64,000 nucleotides of DNA from Candidatus Vogelbacteria bacterium (GTDB lineage: Bacteria; Patescibacteriota; Minisyncoccia; Phycocordibacterales; JACOZG01). Positions 9,101-18,758 of the stretch are shown here, piece by piece. Under the pieces are notes generated by a model. The model did not search any database. It was given only the letters and a program-made list of their open reading frames with translations, and was not told the origin of the DNA. The position numbers and the translations under genes are program-made. How positions within the stretch are numbered: the first letter of the stretch is position 1; each line of letters starts with the position of its first letter. The stretch lies in assembly GCA_043807405.1 (NCBI GenBank), contig JAZDGA010000001.1, forward strand, positions 25,130 through 89,129. The letters run 5' to 3'.

Positions 9101-10075
9101 TCAAACTGTTGTACTAAATTCGGTGGGGTTTTTCCCTGCCAATCCGGCGAGAATGTTTTCGGCGACGAGCAGAGACATTGCTTGACGAGTTTCTTCCGTC
9201 GCCGAAGCTGTGTGCGGAGTCAAAATAACATTCGGCAAATCGGCGAGACCGGGCGCGAGTTGGGGTTCATGTTCAAACACATCCAGACCAGCGCCACGAA
9301 GCGCGCCAGTTCGCAACGCTTCAACTAAAGCCGTCTCATCCACCACCGGCCCGCGCGCGGTATTGATGAGAATCGCCGTCGGCTTCATTAACTTTAATCG
9401 CTCGGCGTTAATCAAATTCCGCGTCGAATCAAGCAATGGCACATGGACTGAAACAAAATCGGCTTGGTTCAAAACATCATCCACCTTGGCACAGTAAGTT
9501 GCACCATATTCTTTTTCAAACGACTCATTGCGGGTCACATCATAATAAATAATTTTCATCTCGAAACCGCGCGCACCGAAGTGCGCCATCCGCGCGCCGA
9601 TTCGTCCCAAGCCAACAATCCCTAAAGTTTTATCAACCAAATTCACCCCGAGGAAAAGCAACGGCGCCCAACCTTGGTATTCACCCGCGCGCACATAGTG
9701 ATCCGCTTCCGCTAACCGCTTGGCGACTGCGATCATCAAAGCGAAGGCGTGTTCGGCGACCGCGTCCGTGAGCACGCCGGGCGTATTGGTAATCATTATC
9801 CCCCGTTGTTTCGCTGTCGCCAAATCAATATTATCGGTTCCCACCGCGTAATTGGCAAAAATTTTCGTCTGCGGGGTAGCGGCAAAAACTTCATCATCAA
9901 TTTTATCCGTCAACAAACACAGCACAGCGTCATAGGGCGTCGCGCGAAGCGCAGTGATTAATTCTTCTTTCGTCAGCACGCCGTCCTTCTCACTCACGAC
10001 CACCTCATGCCCATTTTCTTTTAACAAATTCAGCCCGGCATCAGGAATCTTCCTGGTTACAAAAATTTTCGCCAT
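9101..10075 (-). CDS. D-isomer-specific 2-hydroxyacid dehydrogenase (glyoxylate/hydroxypyruvate reductase or D-glycerate dehydrogenase type)
   Basis: NAD-binding GIVGLGRIGARMA, plus HVPLLDSTRNLIN, ARGPVVDETAL and GAGLDVFEHEP. Confidence 0.85.
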   Translation of the reverse strand: MAKIFVTRKIPDAGLNLLKENGHEVVVSEKDGVLTKEELITALRATPYDAVLCLLTDKIDDEVFAATPQTKIFANYAVGTDNIDLATAKQRGIMITNTPGVLTDAVAEHAFALMIAVAKRLAEADHYVRAGEYQGWAPLLFLGVNLVDKTLGIVGLGRIGARMAHFGARGFEMKIIYYDVTRNESFEKEYGATYCAKVDDVLNQADFVSVHVPLLDSTRNLINAERLKLMKPTAILINTARGPVVDETALVEALRTGALRGAGLDVFEHEPQLAPGLADLPNVILTPHTASATEETRQAMSLLVAENILAGLAGKNPTEFSTTV

Positions 10076-10081
10076 AAAATT

Positions 10082-10936
10082 TTACAAACTATTGAATAAC
10101 TTTAATTTCTTTTCTACCACCGCTTGGACCGCTAGCACCACCGGTTTGAGAATCTTATACGGCGCGACTTCGTCGGGATTCTCTTGCAAAGCCAATCTCA
10201 ACGCGTCGCGATAAGCGACGCGAAGTTCGGTGTTGATATGGATAATCGCAATCCCGGCAGCGATTGCTCGACGAATGTCATCATCGGTATTGCCCGACGC
10301 GCCGTGGAGAACGAGCGGAACGCCAGTCACTTCGCGGAGCAGTTTGATTCGATCAATATCCAGCGCCGGATCCGGGCGTCCCTTCAGCATTCCGTGGATA
10401 TTTCCCACGGCGGGAGCGAAAAGGTCCACGCCAGTCTCCGAGACAAAGCGCTTGGCATCGGCCGGCTTAACGAGATCATCGGCGCCCAAACCAACTCCTT
10501 CCGGCACCGCGTCGAGAAGTTTAGAAGAAGTGCCAATATAGCCGAGCTCGCCTTCAATAGTTATTTCCGGTCTAGTCGAGCGCGCATATTCTACACACCG
10601 TTTCGTCTCGGCAATGTTTTCTTCAAGCGACAATTTACTCCCGTCGAAAATCACCGCATCGAAACCAGCATCAATCGCCTCTTTCACCCGCTCGAAAGAA
10701 TAAGTGTGATCGGCGTTGAGAAAAATTCTGTCTTCCAAACTCTTAACGAGTGCCGCGACTTGCCGAACCCCAATAAAATCGCGTTCACCCTCGGAGACGC
10801 CAATAATCACTGGGACCGCGAGCACCCGCGCGGCGCGGACGACACCCCAGAAACCTTCAATGTTAGAAATATTAAAATGCCCAATCGCCACCTTCCGCGC
10901 CTCGGCATCTTTAATACACTCTCGCAAAGTTTTCAT
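10082..10936 (-). CDS. fba: class II fructose-bisphosphate aldolase
   Basis: GHFNISNIEG, NADHTYSFE, LVLHGASG and INTELR motifs of class II ketose-bisphosphate aldolases. Confidence 0.85.
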   Translation of the reverse strand: MKTLRECIKDAEARKVAIGHFNISNIEGFWGVVRAARVLAVPVIIGVSEGERDFIGVRQVAALVKSLEDRIFLNADHTYSFERVKEAIDAGFDAVIFDGSKLSLEENIAETKRCVEYARSTRPEITIEGELGYIGTSSKLLDAVPEGVGLGADDLVKPADAKRFVSETGVDLFAPAVGNIHGMLKGRPDPALDIDRIKLLREVTGVPLVLHGASGNTDDDIRRAIAAGIAIIHINTELRVAYRDALRLALQENPDEVAPYKILKPVVLAVQAVVEKKLKLFNSL

Positions 10937-11044
10937 ACCTAACTATTGTAGCATTGCCTAATGATTATACAAAATCCCCCCGACCTGCCAAAATTAATTG
11001 ACAAGGGTCAGAGGGATTGAGGGTCAAAGGGTCTGGCCAGAGTT

Positions 11045-11557
11045 TTAGGGCTTGAGTATCTGCGGGAGAACCATCTGACGACGACCGCCGGCACCCCAGA
11101 CATCGTCGATCGAGCGACCGGTCGCGCTCACCCCTAGCCGGCTAGCATCGAGCCAGTGGGCGCGCACCACGAAGAAGAAACTGCCAGCCATCTTAGACAG
11201 AAAGAAAGTGGTAAAGCCCTGTGGGTGAAGATGCGCACGATAATTGATCACAAACTGGATGATCTGTTCTTGGGTCAGATACAAATGGTCTAAAACAACA
11301 CCTTCTCCTTCGATCATCTCGCAGAAAGTGACATAATTCCCCATTCCGTAAACATTAACCAGGGTTTCTGGTTTGGGATCGCCAGAAACTTCGCAACCGC
11401 AACTAGCCAACTCGGGACCGATATAACCCGAGAAAACATCCCTGGCCTCAGATAGAAGTCTCGTTCCATTGGTCACTGGGATAATGAGACCGGGTGTTAA
11501 AAGTTGAAGAACAGAAGTGGCCGGTTTGGCATCCTCTATGCCGATGATAGTACTCAT
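11045..11557 (-). CDS. hypothetical protein (170 aa)
   Basis: ORF track entry. Start set at MSTIIG (ATG at 11555-11557), with AAAGGA 8 nt upstream. Confidence 0.5.
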   Translation of the reverse strand: MSTIIGIEDAKPATSVLQLLTPGLIIPVTNGTRLLSEARDVFSGYIGPELASCGCEVSGDPKPETLVNVYGMGNYVTFCEMIEGEGVVLDHLYLTQEQIIQFVINYRAHLHPQGFTTFFLSKMAGSFFFVVRAHWLDASRLGVSATGRSIDDVWGAGGRRQMVLPQILKP

Positions 11558-11706
11558 CGTTTTATCCTTTCCTGACAATGTTCTCTGTTCTTTCCGGAAT
11601 CTGCCGGTTCAGTCAATTAGGAAATCTAATTGAACTGCTACATTATATGCATATCCAATGTTTTTTGTCAATACTGGGGATAAAAGTGGTTTGGTATAAT
11701 AACGAG

Positions 11707-12711
11707 ATGGAAAATAATCCAGACCAGCAATTTGATTTTGTCGGCATCGGCGATATTGTCACCGATGCTTTTATTCGGCTGAAAAATGCGGAGTTGCATT
11801 GCGATATTAATCACGAACACTGCGAGATTTGCATGGACTTCGGCGCGAAGATCCCCTATGAATCGGTAACGACGGTGCCGGCGGTTGGTAACTCGCCCAA
11901 CGCCACCGTCGCCGCGTCGCGCCTCGGTTTAAGAACCGCGCTCGTCACCGATCTCGGCGATGATTATCACGGTGACGAAGCGCTTGCCACTCTAACAAGA
12001 GAAAAAGTTGACACTCGTTTCGTTCACCGTCATCCCGGTCAAAAAACTAATTATCACTATGTTTTATGGTATCAAGATGACCGTACGATTTTAATTAAAC
12101 ATGAGGAATATCCGTACGCGTTACCCAATCTCGGTTCGCCTCGTTGGATTTATCTAAGCTCGCTTGGCGAACACTCGCTCGCTTATCACGGACTAATAGA
12201 AAAATATTTGCAGAAAAATCCGACCGTGAAGCTCGCCTTCCAACCCGGCACTTTTCAAATTAGTTTGGGGCCAGAAAAATTGAAAGGCATTTACGCTCGA
12301 ACCGAAGTTTTTTTCTGTAATCGCGAAGAAGCGCAAAAAATTCTCAACATCGAAACCGAAGAAATCAAAAAATTACTTAGCGGCCTTCGTGAGTTAGGAC
12401 CAAAAATTGCCGTCATTACTGACGGCGTAATTGGCGCTTACGCTTCGGATGGTGAAAAAATATGGTTCATCCCCCCCTATCCCGATCCCGCCCCGCCTCT
12501 TGAACGCACTGGCGCCGGCGATGCTTTCTCCGCTACCGTCACTGCCGCTCTGGCTTTAGGCGAGCCGTTTCAAACGGCTTTAGCCTGGGGACCAATTAAT
12601 TCGATGTCCGTTGTGCAGAAAGTTGGCGCGCAAGCCGGTCTCCTGACACGCAAAACGCTTGAGCAATATCTCGCTCAAGCGCCTGCTGACTACCAACCGA
12701 AAACCATTTAA
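11707..12711 (+). CDS. PfkB-family carbohydrate kinase (ribokinase/fructokinase-like)
   Basis: FVGIGDIVTD N-terminal motif and C-terminal ERTGAGDAFSATV signature. Start set at the ATG at 11707 (MENNPDQQ). Confidence 0.8.
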   Translation: MENNPDQQFDFVGIGDIVTDAFIRLKNAELHCDINHEHCEICMDFGAKIPYESVTTVPAVGNSPNATVAASRLGLRTALVTDLGDDYHGDEALATLTREKVDTRFVHRHPGQKTNYHYVLWYQDDRTILIKHEEYPYALPNLGSPRWIYLSSLGEHSLAYHGLIEKYLQKNPTVKLAFQPGTFQISLGPEKLKGIYARTEVFFCNREEAQKILNIETEEIKKLLSGLRELGPKIAVITDGVIGAYASDGEKIWFIPPYPDPAPPLERTGAGDAFSATVTAALALGEPFQTALAWGPINSMSVVQKVGAQAGLLTRKTLEQYLAQAPADYQPKTI

Positions 12712-12936
12712 CTAATTACCAGACATCGCCATTCCGCCCTTGTCGCACTTCTTGCAGAGTGATTTGTGGTTAAGAATTTCCACAATCGCCGAGAGCCCAA
12801 CTAGAATGTAAACAACCTTGGCCACACCGGCGGTAATGTAAGTAGCCAAGTCCCAATCGGTAATGAGACCAACCAAAAGCCAGTTCAAACCACCGATAAT
12901 CAACAAGAAAAACGCGATCGCATGTAATCCTTTCAT
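12712..12936 (-). CDS. DUF378-family small membrane protein
   Basis: IAFFLLIIGGLNWLLVGL...VYILVGLSAI, typical of DUF378. Confidence 0.7.
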   Translation of the reverse strand: MKGLHAIAFFLLIIGGLNWLLVGLITDWDLATYITAGVAKVVYILVGLSAIVEILNHKSLCKKCDKGGMAMSGN

Positions 12937-13015
12937 ATTGATAAAATTTAACTAATAATGTCGGTAATTCCGACTCTTATAGTTTATCATATCGCAACCA
13001 ATCTTAAACAAATAC

Positions 13016-14014
13016 TTATCCCCTTTTTACCATTACTCGCTTGACCGCCGAGATAACCCCTTCGACGCCTAAACCATAGTGTTCGATAAGCTCGGCGGGT
13101 GTCCCCGATTGACCAAATTGATCACGGACACCAACAAACTCGATTGGCACCGGGTGATTGGCCACCAGAAACTCGGCCACCGCACCGCCCAAACCGCCCG
13201 CCTGCTGGTGTTCTTCCACGATCACTACGGTCCCCGCCCGCTTCGCTTCGGCGAGAATCGTTTTCTGATCAAGTGGTTTAATCGTGTGACAATTAATCAC
13301 CGTGACCATAATCTTTTCTCGCGCGAGGAGCCGAGCGACGACGAGCGCTTGATAAACCAGTGGTCCACAAGCAATAATCGCGACCGCCGGCTTCTCGGGC
13401 GCCACCAACACATTAGCTTGACCAATCACAAACGGTGAATCTTCGGTCGTGATAATTGGTGTTTTTTCGCGCGCGAGACGGAGATAAACAGGACTTTCGT
13501 GTTTGGCAATCGCCATCGTCGCCCGTTTGGCTTCAAGCGCATCGGCCGGCGCAATCACCGTCATCCGCGGAATCACGCGCATAATCGCAATGTCCTCAAT
13601 CGCCTGATGCGTCCCGCCGTCAGAACCGACCGACACGCCAGCATGCGAGCCGACAATTTTCACATTCCGATTGTTGTAACAAATTGTTGTCCGAATCTGC
13701 TCCCAATTCCGCCCCGGGCTAAACATCGCGTAAGAAGAAAGAAACGGAATCTTCCCCATCGCCGCCAAGCCGGAGGCGACGGCGGCGAGATTTTGTTCGG
13801 CGACACCAATTTCCACAAACCGTTTCGGAAATTTATTTTTAAACAAATGCATTTGAGTAGACTCGGTGAGATCGGCGCACAAACCCACCACGCGCTCGTC
13901 CTGCTCGCCGGCCAACACCAGCCCCTCGCCGAAACCCTTCCGAATCGGCACCTGTTCGACATTCAGATCAAAGACTTTGGGATTAAGTTTTTGGGCAGGA
14001 TTGAGCATAAACAT
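13016..14014 (-). CDS. transketolase, C-terminal (pyrimidine-binding plus C-terminal domain) subunit
   Basis: FPKRFVEIGVAEQN, GPTHQ-like GGTHQAIEDIA and EEHQQAGGLGGAV motifs. Confidence 0.9.
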   Translation of the reverse strand: MFMLNPAQKLNPKVFDLNVEQVPIRKGFGEGLVLAGEQDERVVGLCADLTESTQMHLFKNKFPKRFVEIGVAEQNLAAVASGLAAMGKIPFLSSYAMFSPGRNWEQIRTTICYNNRNVKIVGSHAGVSVGSDGGTHQAIEDIAIMRVIPRMTVIAPADALEAKRATMAIAKHESPVYLRLAREKTPIITTEDSPFVIGQANVLVAPEKPAVAIIACGPLVYQALVVARLLAREKIMVTVINCHTIKPLDQKTILAEAKRAGTVVIVEEHQQAGGLGGAVAEFLVANHPVPIEFVGVRDQFGQSGTPAELIEHYGLGVEGVISAVKRVMVKRG

Positions 14015-14155
14015 TTAATTCCCTATAATTATTATTGCCCGTATTGTTTTAGGAATACGAATCAAGGATTTCATTTTATTAATTATTTTTTTCACTCATG
14101 TTCGCTTTTTATTTTACCACACAATCCTCTAAAACAAACTTATCCACACCCATAG

Positions 14156-14181
14156 CAAGTAGATGCGATAGCAGTTACTTG
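14156..14181 (+). promoter_or_regulatory. 26-nt motif with CAAGTA/TACTTG arms, 15 nt upstream of the PaaX-like gene; candidate operator
   Basis: caagtagatgcgatagcagttacttg matches 42117-42142 at 24/26 positions. Confidence 0.4.
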
Positions 14182-14195
14182 CTACTATTTCCCAA

Positions 14196-14762
14196 ATGAA
14201 GAAGCGACAAAAGCGAATTTATAGTCCGACTAAACAAAAAATTCTCCTGCTCTTAGCTACTGGTCTAGTTTTGGGTTTACGCAAATCCACCATCGGTCAG
14301 CAAGTAAAAATTATTCAACGGGCCACCAAAGAATGGGCTGGAATTAATCGACGGTATCTTTATCAGTGCCTACGCGAATTCCATCATAATCACCTCGTTG
14401 AGTATAAAGAAGATGACGATGGTAATATTAAAATTATTTTAAGCGAGCAAGGAAAAGAACGCGTCCTGCGATTCAAAATTGATCAACTCACTTTACCAAA
14501 ACTAACACACTGGGACAATCAATGGCGAATAGTTTTATATGATATTCCCGAGAAAAAGAAACCAGCGAGAGAAGCTCTGCGAGAAAAACTTAAAGAGCTT
14601 GATTTTTATGAGTGGCAAAAATCAGTTTTTATTTATCCATTTCCTTGTCGAGATGAGATTGATTTTTTGATTGAATTTTTCGAGATCAGATCTTATGTCA
14701 GGTATGCGGAATTAAGCCAACCAACTAATGAAGCAGAACTTAAACTTCATTTCGAACTCTAA
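14196..14762 (+). CDS. PaaX-like transcriptional regulator (wHTH plus Cas2-like C-terminal domain)
   Basis: The C-terminal WRIVLYDIPEKKKPAREALREKLKELDFYEWQKSVFIYP pattern resembles PaaX-family proteins. This is pattern recognition only. Confidence 0.55.
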   Translation: MKKRQKRIYSPTKQKILLLLATGLVLGLRKSTIGQQVKIIQRATKEWAGINRRYLYQCLREFHHNHLVEYKEDDDGNIKIILSEQGKERVLRFKIDQLTLPKLTHWDNQWRIVLYDIPEKKKPAREALREKLKELDFYEWQKSVFIYPFPCRDEIDFLIEFFEIRSYVRYAELSQPTNEAELKLHFEL

Positions 14763-14862
14763 TTTCCAACCTTAGTCTCTGATGCCAAAAATCATTAAGC
14801 CAAATTCTGGCGATAGCAGGGATTCGGTATATAACCTCATTTTGCGCGGGGTTTAACATAAC

Positions 14863-15171
14863 TTAATGTATAAAGAAAATAGAAAACCCGCGTATTAAAT
14901 AAATTATAAATATTAAATGAACTATAGCTAAGATCGTGGCTAAAAGTATTTTTGTTGATTTCGCGCGCCTCAAAATTGAGACAAAACCGTAGACAGCAAT
15001 AAAAATTGAAAAGAAAAACCAAATAAGCATTGACGGGATAAAAATCCATGGAAACGCAATGTAACCACCGGGTGATGTACAAAGGAAAAAAATAAAAACA
15101 AATATTGGGATACAAATTAAGTAGATCGGGGATAAAATTTTTAACCACCGGTAGGATTTATTCATGTTCAT
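14863..15171 (-). CDS. hypothetical multi-pass membrane protein (~102 aa)
   Basis: Chosen over the overlapping 14837-15148 frame because of coherent TM helices and an ATG 7 nt after the upstream stop. The region is AT-rich. Confidence 0.45.
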   Translation of the reverse strand: MNMNKSYRWLKILSPIYLICIPIFVFIFFLCTSPGGYIAFPWIFIPSMLIWFFFSIFIAVYGFVSILRRAKSTKILLATILAIVHLIFIIYLIRGFSIFFIH

Positions 15172-15178
15172 TTTTGGT

Positions 15179-16225
15179 TTATTGTTTCCTATTAACATAC
15201 ATCATATCTGCCTTAAAATTGCCTTTTCCGTCTGTGAAAATCTGTTCAAAGTATAACCTGCTTCCGTCATTTGGAATGCTTGGTTCTCCAACTCCAAGTT
15301 TGCTTGATACGACTAATTCCGGTTCTCCAAATTTATTATTGCCTAATCTTTTTGACTTGTAGATACCCATTGGCATTCCTGTGGGTTGCCTGTTTGAAAC
15401 AAAATACAAATAATTTTCATAAACAAACGTCTGCATGTCATCCCCTTCGCTGTTTATTGGTTCAGGCAACAATTCGGGAGACTGCCATTTCCCATTCACT
15501 TTTTCAGACCTAAAAATATTATGGCCCTTAAATTTTGCGGGCCTTTTGCTCCAGAAAAACATCTCATTCTCTTCTTGGTTTACAAATGGGTCGTCATCCC
15601 AAAAAGTAGAACTAACCTCATCAATCTTTATGGCTGACCCCCATTGACCGTTTTTCTTTTCAGAATAGGCAATCACTTTTTCACTACATTGATCATCAAA
15701 AGAGGCTATAAAATAAGCTTTATGATCATTTACTAAAGTTATACTTTGAACTGGACAATTTAGAGTTAACGGATGTGGCTGTGGCGCGCTCCACCCATTT
15801 GCAGTCTTTTCTACATAAAAAAGATCATATCTTGGAGAATCACCACAGTTCATAGATCCTGTTGGACCTAAGAGACATGTTTTTTTGTTATCTATTGACG
15901 GACCAATCTTTACTAATTTACCATCGCCAAATTGAATCCTAAAAGCGTCAACGTTGATATATCCAAAATAAAAAGTATTTCCATCAGGAGAAATGTAATC
16001 TCCTTCTTGCCACCCGTCTGTGTTAAACGGCATAAGTTGCGGTTCACCCCATTCAGGAGATACTCTGGCTACATCATCTGCTCTGATGGTCTCCCAATTA
16101 ATTCTAACTTCCGGTAAAGATATCGTATCAATTATGGTCGGTTGGCGAAAGGCTAAAACCAAAAAAATAACAACAACCAGAATGACTATCCCCCACAAAA
16201 AATATTTTCGTCTGATTTCACTCAT
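15179..16225 (-). CDS. membrane-anchored protein with TolB-like PD40/WD40 beta-propeller repeats
   Basis: Recurrent ISPDGNTFYF, EMFFWS, YLYFVSNR and DGSRLYFE repeats with an N-terminal TM helix. Start set at MSEIRRK (16223-16225). AT-rich compared with its neighbours. Confidence 0.6.
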   Translation of the reverse strand: MSEIRRKYFLWGIVILVVVIFLVLAFRQPTIIDTISLPEVRINWETIRADDVARVSPEWGEPQLMPFNTDGWQEGDYISPDGNTFYFGYINVDAFRIQFGDGKLVKIGPSIDNKKTCLLGPTGSMNCGDSPRYDLFYVEKTANGWSAPQPHPLTLNCPVQSITLVNDHKAYFIASFDDQCSEKVIAYSEKKNGQWGSAIKIDEVSSTFWDDDPFVNQEENEMFFWSKRPAKFKGHNIFRSEKVNGKWQSPELLPEPINSEGDDMQTFVYENYLYFVSNRQPTGMPMGIYKSKRLGNNKFGEPELVVSSKLGVGEPSIPNDGSRLYFEQIFTDGKGNFKADMMYVNRKQ

Positions 16226-17084
16226 GTTCGCTGTGGATGCGACCCCAGAGGGTGCGGAGTTCTTTAATTGCCATGTCGCCTTCTTGCTTGGTCGGTGGTT
16301 TACCATGCCATTCGTAGCGGTGTTCGAACATCCCGACGCCTTTGCCCGGAATGGTGTGAGCGATAATCACGGTCGGTTTGCCGAAGACGGCCTTGGCGCG
16401 ACCGACAGCGTCGTTGATCTCTTCGAAATTGTGCCCGTCAATCTCAATCACCTGCCAGTTGAAAGCCCGCCACTTATCGGCCAGTGGCTCAAGCGGCATA
16501 ATGTCTTCAGTGAAGCCATCGATCTGGATGTTGTTGCGGTCAACGATGGCGATCAGATTACGAAGACCTTCCCGACCAGCGAGCATAATCGCTTCCCATG
16601 AATTACCAGAATCAAGCTCGCCATCGGACATCAGACAATAAATAAATTTTGTGGAAGCCTCGCCGTGTTCCATCTTCTCGGCGAGGGCCATCCCCACGGC
16701 TTGCGATAAACCCTCGCCGAGCGGGCCGGAACTGGTCTCGAGCATCGGCAACCAATCGCGATGGGGATGACCTTGCAAACGCGAACCGAATTTGCGCAAG
16801 GTTTTTAATTCCTCAACTGGGAAATAACCAGCGTGGGCCATCGTGGCATAGAGCACCGGGCAGATGTGTCCATTAGAGAGCACTAGTCGATCACGATCCA
16901 GCCACCTCGGATCGCGCGGGTCGTGTTTGAGAAGATGGAAGTAGAGCGCGGTGAAGATATCGGCCATCCCCATCGGTCCGGCGGTATGACCAGAGCCGGC
17001 AATAACCAACATCTCGATAATTGATTGACGAATGTCGTTTGCCTTCTTTTCTAAAAATTTAATTTTGTCGTCGTGTAAGTGCAT
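16218..17084 (-). CDS. transketolase, N-terminal (TPP-binding) subunit
   Basis: GSGHTAGPMGMADI, LSNGH and GPLGEGLSQAVGMA motifs. Confidence 0.9.
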   Translation of the reverse strand: MHLHDDKIKFLEKKANDIRQSIIEMLVIAGSGHTAGPMGMADIFTALYFHLLKHDPRDPRWLDRDRLVLSNGHICPVLYATMAHAGYFPVEELKTLRKFGSRLQGHPHRDWLPMLETSSGPLGEGLSQAVGMALAEKMEHGEASTKFIYCLMSDGELDSGNSWEAIMLAGREGLRNLIAIVDRNNIQIDGFTEDIMPLEPLADKWRAFNWQVIEIDGHNFEEINDAVGRAKAVFGKPTVIIAHTIPGKGVGMFEHRYEWHGKPPTKQEGDMAIKELRTLWGRIHSEHE

Positions 17085-17102
17085 AAGATAGCTTGTAGCT
17101 TA

Positions 17103-17771
17103 TTAGCTTGTGGCTTGTAGGAGAAGAGCTTGGAAAGATTGGAGGGAAATAATTGGATCGGGGGTTTGCCAGATAGCCGAACCGATAATTAAGTTATCCA
17201 CGCCAACCCCGAGCGCCAATTTCGCTGTTTCCAAATTCACTCCCCCATCAAGCTGAATTATACACTTGGGCGCGAGCGAGCGTAAGTGTTTAACTTTCTC
17301 CAGCATGCGCGCATCGAAGGGGTGTCCTTGTTCGCCAATCTCGGCAATGGACACTAGGTGAACCAAATTAATTTTTGAAAGATGAGGCGCGAACGCTTCG
17401 ATCGGCGTAGGCAGAAGAAGCGCAATTCCAATCTTCACAACCGACAACGAGAAAGCATCGATGATTTCATCGAGATGCTCCGTCGCTTCTTGGTGAATAA
17501 TTATTCGATCAACGACTAGAGCCCAATCACGAACGATTTCCTCCGGTTTTTCCACCATTAGGTGCGCCTCGATCTTTGTCTGGCCATCAAGAAATCGGAG
17601 ATCTTCGGTCGCATTCTTGCCCGACACATCGGCGGGCCAACTTTTAGCGGGCGTAAAGTGACCATCAGTGATGTCAAGATGCGCCCAGTCCGTGTGACCG
17701 TCGAGAATTTTGAGCTGTCGTTCGACTTCACTATAAGTCTGGCCAATTACCGCCGGGATTATTTGCGCCAT
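17103..17771 (-). CDS. rpe: ribulose-phosphate 3-epimerase
   Basis: HLDITDGHF, HLMVEKPE and IQLDGGVN motifs. Sits in a pentose-phosphate gene context. Confidence 0.75.
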   Translation of the reverse strand: MAQIIPAVIGQTYSEVERQLKILDGHTDWAHLDITDGHFTPAKSWPADVSGKNATEDLRFLDGQTKIEAHLMVEKPEEIVRDWALVVDRIIIHQEATEHLDEIIDAFSLSVVKIGIALLLPTPIEAFAPHLSKINLVHLVSIAEIGEQGHPFDARMLEKVKHLRSLAPKCIIQLDGGVNLETAKLALGVGVDNLIIGSAIWQTPDPIISLQSFQALLLQATS

Positions 17772-17773
17772 AA

Positions 17774-18241
17774 TTAAAATTCCGGATTAGACTTTAATTT
17801 GTAATCGAGTTTAGTGATTCGTCGAATATGCCGATCGGCGCCAGAAAACGGCGTCTCCAGCCAAAGTTTGATAATTTCCTTAGCGCGGTCAAGCTCAACC
17901 AACCGAGCACCGAGAGACAAAATATTGGAATTATTGTGTTCGCGCGACAATTTAATCACCTCACTCGGACCGCCATAAAAAACCGCCGCTCGAACATGTT
18001 TGAACCGATTGGCGCACATCGCTTCACCCTGACCCGAACCGCCAAAAATAATTCCGCGATGATTCTCCGGATCAGACGCCACCATCTTGGCCACAATATC
18101 AATAAAATCTGGATAATCATCCGCCGGCTCGAGCTTGAACGCGCCTTCATCATTTGTCTCATACCCCAAAGAATGCAAATAAACCTTAATCTTCTCCTTC
18201 ATTTCAAACCCCGCATGATCAGATCCGAGAAAGATTTTCAT
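17774..18241 (-). CDS. rpiB: ribose-5-phosphate isomerase B
   Basis: MKIFLGSDHAGFEMK and GGSGQGEAMCANR motifs. Confidence 0.9.
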   Translation of the reverse strand: MKIFLGSDHAGFEMKEKIKVYLHSLGYETNDEGAFKLEPADDYPDFIDIVAKMVASDPENHRGIIFGGSGQGEAMCANRFKHVRAAVFYGGPSEVIKLSREHNNSNILSLGARLVELDRAKEIIKLWLETPFSGADRHIRRITKLDYKLKSNPEF

Positions 18242-18456
18242 TATATAAAATCCTGTTTTGATAATCCGGCAGACTTGATAATTGACAACAGGGTACCTTT
18301 TGGTAAATCGCCAGAATGAAACGGCAGGGTTACTCTTTTTTGATTATCTTTATTATACAAAATATAGTGGCTTCCTGTTGTGTGATCCACTTCAAAACTA
18401 TGACTTTCGAGAATTGCCAACACTTTCTTGAAGGTAATACCGGGTAATTTAGGCAT
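18241..18456 (-). CDS. hicA: HicA-family mRNA interferase toxin
   Basis: A 71-aa YcfA/HicA pattern (KKVLAILESHSFEVDHTTGSHYIL...LPFHSGDLPKGTLLSIIKSAG). Its stop overlaps the rpiB ATG by 1 nt. Confidence 0.85.
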   Translation of the reverse strand: MPKLPGITFKKVLAILESHSFEVDHTTGSHYILYNKDNQKRVTLPFHSGDLPKGTLLSIIKSAGLSKQDFI

Positions 18457-18703
18457 GGCGAACTTTTACATTCGCGGGGAAAGAGATTAAACTCACAAAA
18501 TTTTCTTGGTCCGAAGGCACTGGTTCTTCATGTTTTCTCATTGATTCTACGTAACCGTGAATAGCGTCTACTGCCATCTCTCTAGCTTCGCTAAGGTCTT
18601 TCCCATAACTTATACACCCTGGTAAAGAAGGAACGATGGTAGTAAAACCACCTTCCGGCTCGGCTCTAAAAATAACATTATATTGAAGTATTTTATCTTG
18701 CAT
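18449..18703 (-). CDS. hicB: HicB-family antitoxin
   Basis: YNVIFRAEPEGGFTTIVPSLPGCISYGKDLSEAREMAVDAI (UPF0150/HicB fold). Start trimmed to MQDK (18701-18703). Overlaps hicA by 8 nt. Confidence 0.8.
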   Translation of the reverse strand: MQDKILQYNVIFRAEPEGGFTTIVPSLPGCISYGKDLSEAREMAVDAIHGYVESMRKHEEPVPSDQENFVSLISFPANVKVRHA

Positions 18704-18758
18704 ATAATCAGAATACCTTAAACTACATTTAAGTTCAACTAATATCCATTTTCCTCCC

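Noticed and set aside
10184-10942. 252-aa plus-strand ORF
   Set aside because: It is entirely antisense to the well-supported class II aldolase gene. Its composition is low-complexity and Arg/Ser-rich, and it has no start-site signals, so it is a shadow ORF.
13499-14155. 218-aa plus-strand ORF
   Set aside because: It is antisense to the transketolase C-terminal subunit. The Arg/His/Pro-rich composition is typical of the reverse frame of a GC-biased gene.
14837-15148. 103-aa minus-strand ORF overlapping the 14863-15198 frame
   Set aside because: The alternative frame gives cleaner TM helices and starts just after the upstream stop codon. Only one of the two can be real, and confidence in either is modest.
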